A stretch of DNA of 64,000 nt, taken from an uncultured delta proteobacterium (GTDB taxonomy: Bacteria; Desulfobacterota; Binatia; Binatales; Binataceae). The notes below the pieces were generated by a model. That model ran no database searches and was not told where the DNA came from. It saw only the letters and a program-made list of their open reading frames with translations. Below are positions 63,101-64,000 of this stretch, one piece after another; positions within the stretch are counted from its first letter, which is position 1; the number at the start of each line of letters is the position of its first letter. The stretch lies in contig CAVXXK010000001.1 in the NCBI GenBank assembly GCA_963765675.1, forward strand, positions 992,001-1,056,000, in the 5' to 3' direction. A program made the position numbers and the translations under genes.

Positions 63101-64000
63101 CTGGCCGTCCGGACCTTCGACCGAAAATGCCTGTACGTAAGCGCCCGCAACGGAGCCGCTGATTTTGGGTTTGAATGTGTGGAATTCTTCCGCGAGCACT
63201 TTGACGCCGAAATTCTGCAGCATCGGCATCAGATCTGACAGCATCGGCGGCTCTCCGACGCCCAGCATCCGCAGCTCGTCGGCGTTTTCGTCTGCCTCAG
63301 GGTTGTGGCCAAGTTCCACGTGAAACGTCCCGCCGGTCTGGAGCAGCTCTTCGATTCGTTCGATATCATTGATCGCGCGCTGCGCCGGAACCGCGGCACG
63401 GTATTCGTCTGTGAACGCGCCGGTCCATCGCGCACCCAGCGCGCGGCCGCGCGAGGCGCCCAATTTCTCGACCAGGCGCTCGGTCAGCCGCTCTTCCCAT
63501 CGATGCGCGAGGCGTGCGACCTCGATTTCGAGCTCCTTGATCTTCTGCGCCTTGGGCGCCTCCGCGGCGAAGCAGAAATGCAGCCGCGCAGTGTAACCCT
63601 CGCCCATCGCCAGATAGTAGTAGATGAGCGTGCCGCCGAATCCCGCCGCGAGAGCGGCCTGGATGTTCTGGCGCACGCGCGCGGAGAATGCCTCGCGAGG
63701 CATCACTACCATCGCGATCACGTTGCCGCGGTACGGATCGCTGAGCACGCACAGGCGCACCGTGGCTTCGTTTTTCACGTCGAGGATCAGATGCAGTTGA
63801 GCGCTCAGCTCGGAGACCGGCGCGCGAAAAAGCTCATCCTTGGGAAAGCTGTTGAACGCGGTGACCAGCTCCTTGTAGTCGTGGGAGCCAGCGACCGCGC
63901 CTTCCGCGTCCAGCACCGCTTGCAGCTTGGCGCGCAGGGTCGGGATGTGCTGCGCTTCTTCGGCGTAGGCTTTGGAGGTGAACAAACCCACGAAGTGATC
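60164..64000 (-). CDS. Large NAD-specific glutamate dehydrogenase (5' part outside the window)
   Basis: RGGIRFSDR, VKNAIIVP.GSKGGF, YLVVAADKGTA, DHKAMGITARGAW, GIGDMSGDVFGNG, DNSAGVDTSDHEVNIKI. Confidence 0.97.
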   Translation of the reverse strand, partial: DHFVGLFTSKAYAEEAQHIPTLRAKLQAVLDAEGAVAGSHDYKELVTAFNSFPKDELFRAPVSELSAQLHLILDVKNEATVRLCVLSDPYRGNVIAMVVMPREAFSARVRQNIQAALAAGFGGTLIYYYLAMGEGYTARLHFCFAAEAPKAQKIKELEIEVARLAHRWEERLTERLVEKLGASRGRALGARWTGAFTDEYRAAVPAQRAINDIERIEELLQTGGTFHVELGHNPEADENADELRMLGVGEPPMLSDLMPMLQNFGVKVLAEEFHTFKPKISGSVAGAYVQAFSVEGPDGQPLLKSPGALTIADAIAAVRAGLAEDDPLNALVVSAGLKWRDAALLRAYLEAAFQMELAPARPALRRLLLNFPALSRTMFDLFVARLDPDHEDDPAKTAELRAAYLDQLSSIENIADDRAARMLLAMIEATVRTNFFCPMPAPDPYIALKFESGKIAGLPDTPPLYEIHVNSPRMEGCHLRAGKVSRGGIRFSDRLDDFRTEILGLMKTQTVKNAIIVPIGSKGGFIVKRATENTAPGVEAYKTLMCAMLDLTDNRTDHGTVHPPRVKVLDTDGPYLVVAADKGTAAFSDIANTIALERGFWLGDAFASGGEHGFDHKAMGITARGAWESARRHLREIGRDPDRGQPITMIGIGDMSGDVFGNGLLRSRNLALIAAFDHRHIFIDPTPDPAVSFDERHRLYELPRSAWADYNPALISKGGGVWRRGQKRIELSPQARAALGVDDEALDGESLVRTILRAPVDMLYNGGIGTYVRASDETDEEVGDHANDGCRITGAELRAKIAIEGGNLGFTQKARIEFALAGGRINTDAIDNSAGVDTSDHEVNIKILLDPEVARGALSFDERNRTLAGLADDVAQSVLRDNRDQALLLSLEQIRSRTRVDAFREHMQAIEERGLLSRHEEALPTREDLHDRHARFAGLVRPELALITAFTKIDLVMRLEDAALTTDPHLVDRFLVPYFPPSIAERFSKSIPNHRLRRELIATRLVNEMVDLMGSTFVFGIVRDHGVSAEAAVHAWLIASEVLSVSARAEQIRTVTATASADAETGGFFALEKAAGAASAWALRNFPPDAALDDVARRFRPAFESLSSSFEEFLQAGERDRFEQIYRDLRATVADGELAHGLARLAFADHLLNVLSVALARKLPAERVAEAYFGVSAHLDFSRLEATVVNFDDEDRWRRRAAQELAVELREGRLQLTNLALEAGGAAAAIQRLASERPREFADLERLLAEIATMQTISLPAVHVAARAIFRVAAAEKN

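Overview
GC-rich bacterial chromosomal segment that contains the replication origin (dnaA-dnaN with DnaA boxes on both sides of dnaA). The hemL-atpZ-atpI-atpB-atpE arrangement and the many LLM oxidoreductases, CoA transferases and small lipoproteins suggest a deltaproteobacteria-like lineage such as Ca. Binatota (inference only). Content is mostly housekeeping and metabolic: csp, a mccB-selB-selD-nitroreductase operon, mutS2, asmA, smr, an ArnT-like glycosyltransferase, GH172, an RND efflux operon, a UvrD helicase, fabI, gloB, hemJ-like, ftsB, nagA and a large NAD-GDH. No phage, IS, CRISPR array, rRNA or tRNA was recognised. Items the ORF track misses or mis-calls: a selenocysteine-containing SelD (in-frame TGA plus SECIS hairpin); a stand-alone transcript for a 32-aa peptide with 16 lysines; a symmetric bidirectional promoter driving a small Zn-finger gene and a candidate sRNA; two antitoxins whose toxins have eroded; an anmK fragment; a tandem pair of unrecognised paralogous lipoproteins; a possible leader peptide before the RND operon; three REP-like repeat families; and five +1 frameshifts that are probably assembly errors. 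Nothing here is a clearly proven new multi-gene system; the best candidates are small regulatory or microprotein loci.
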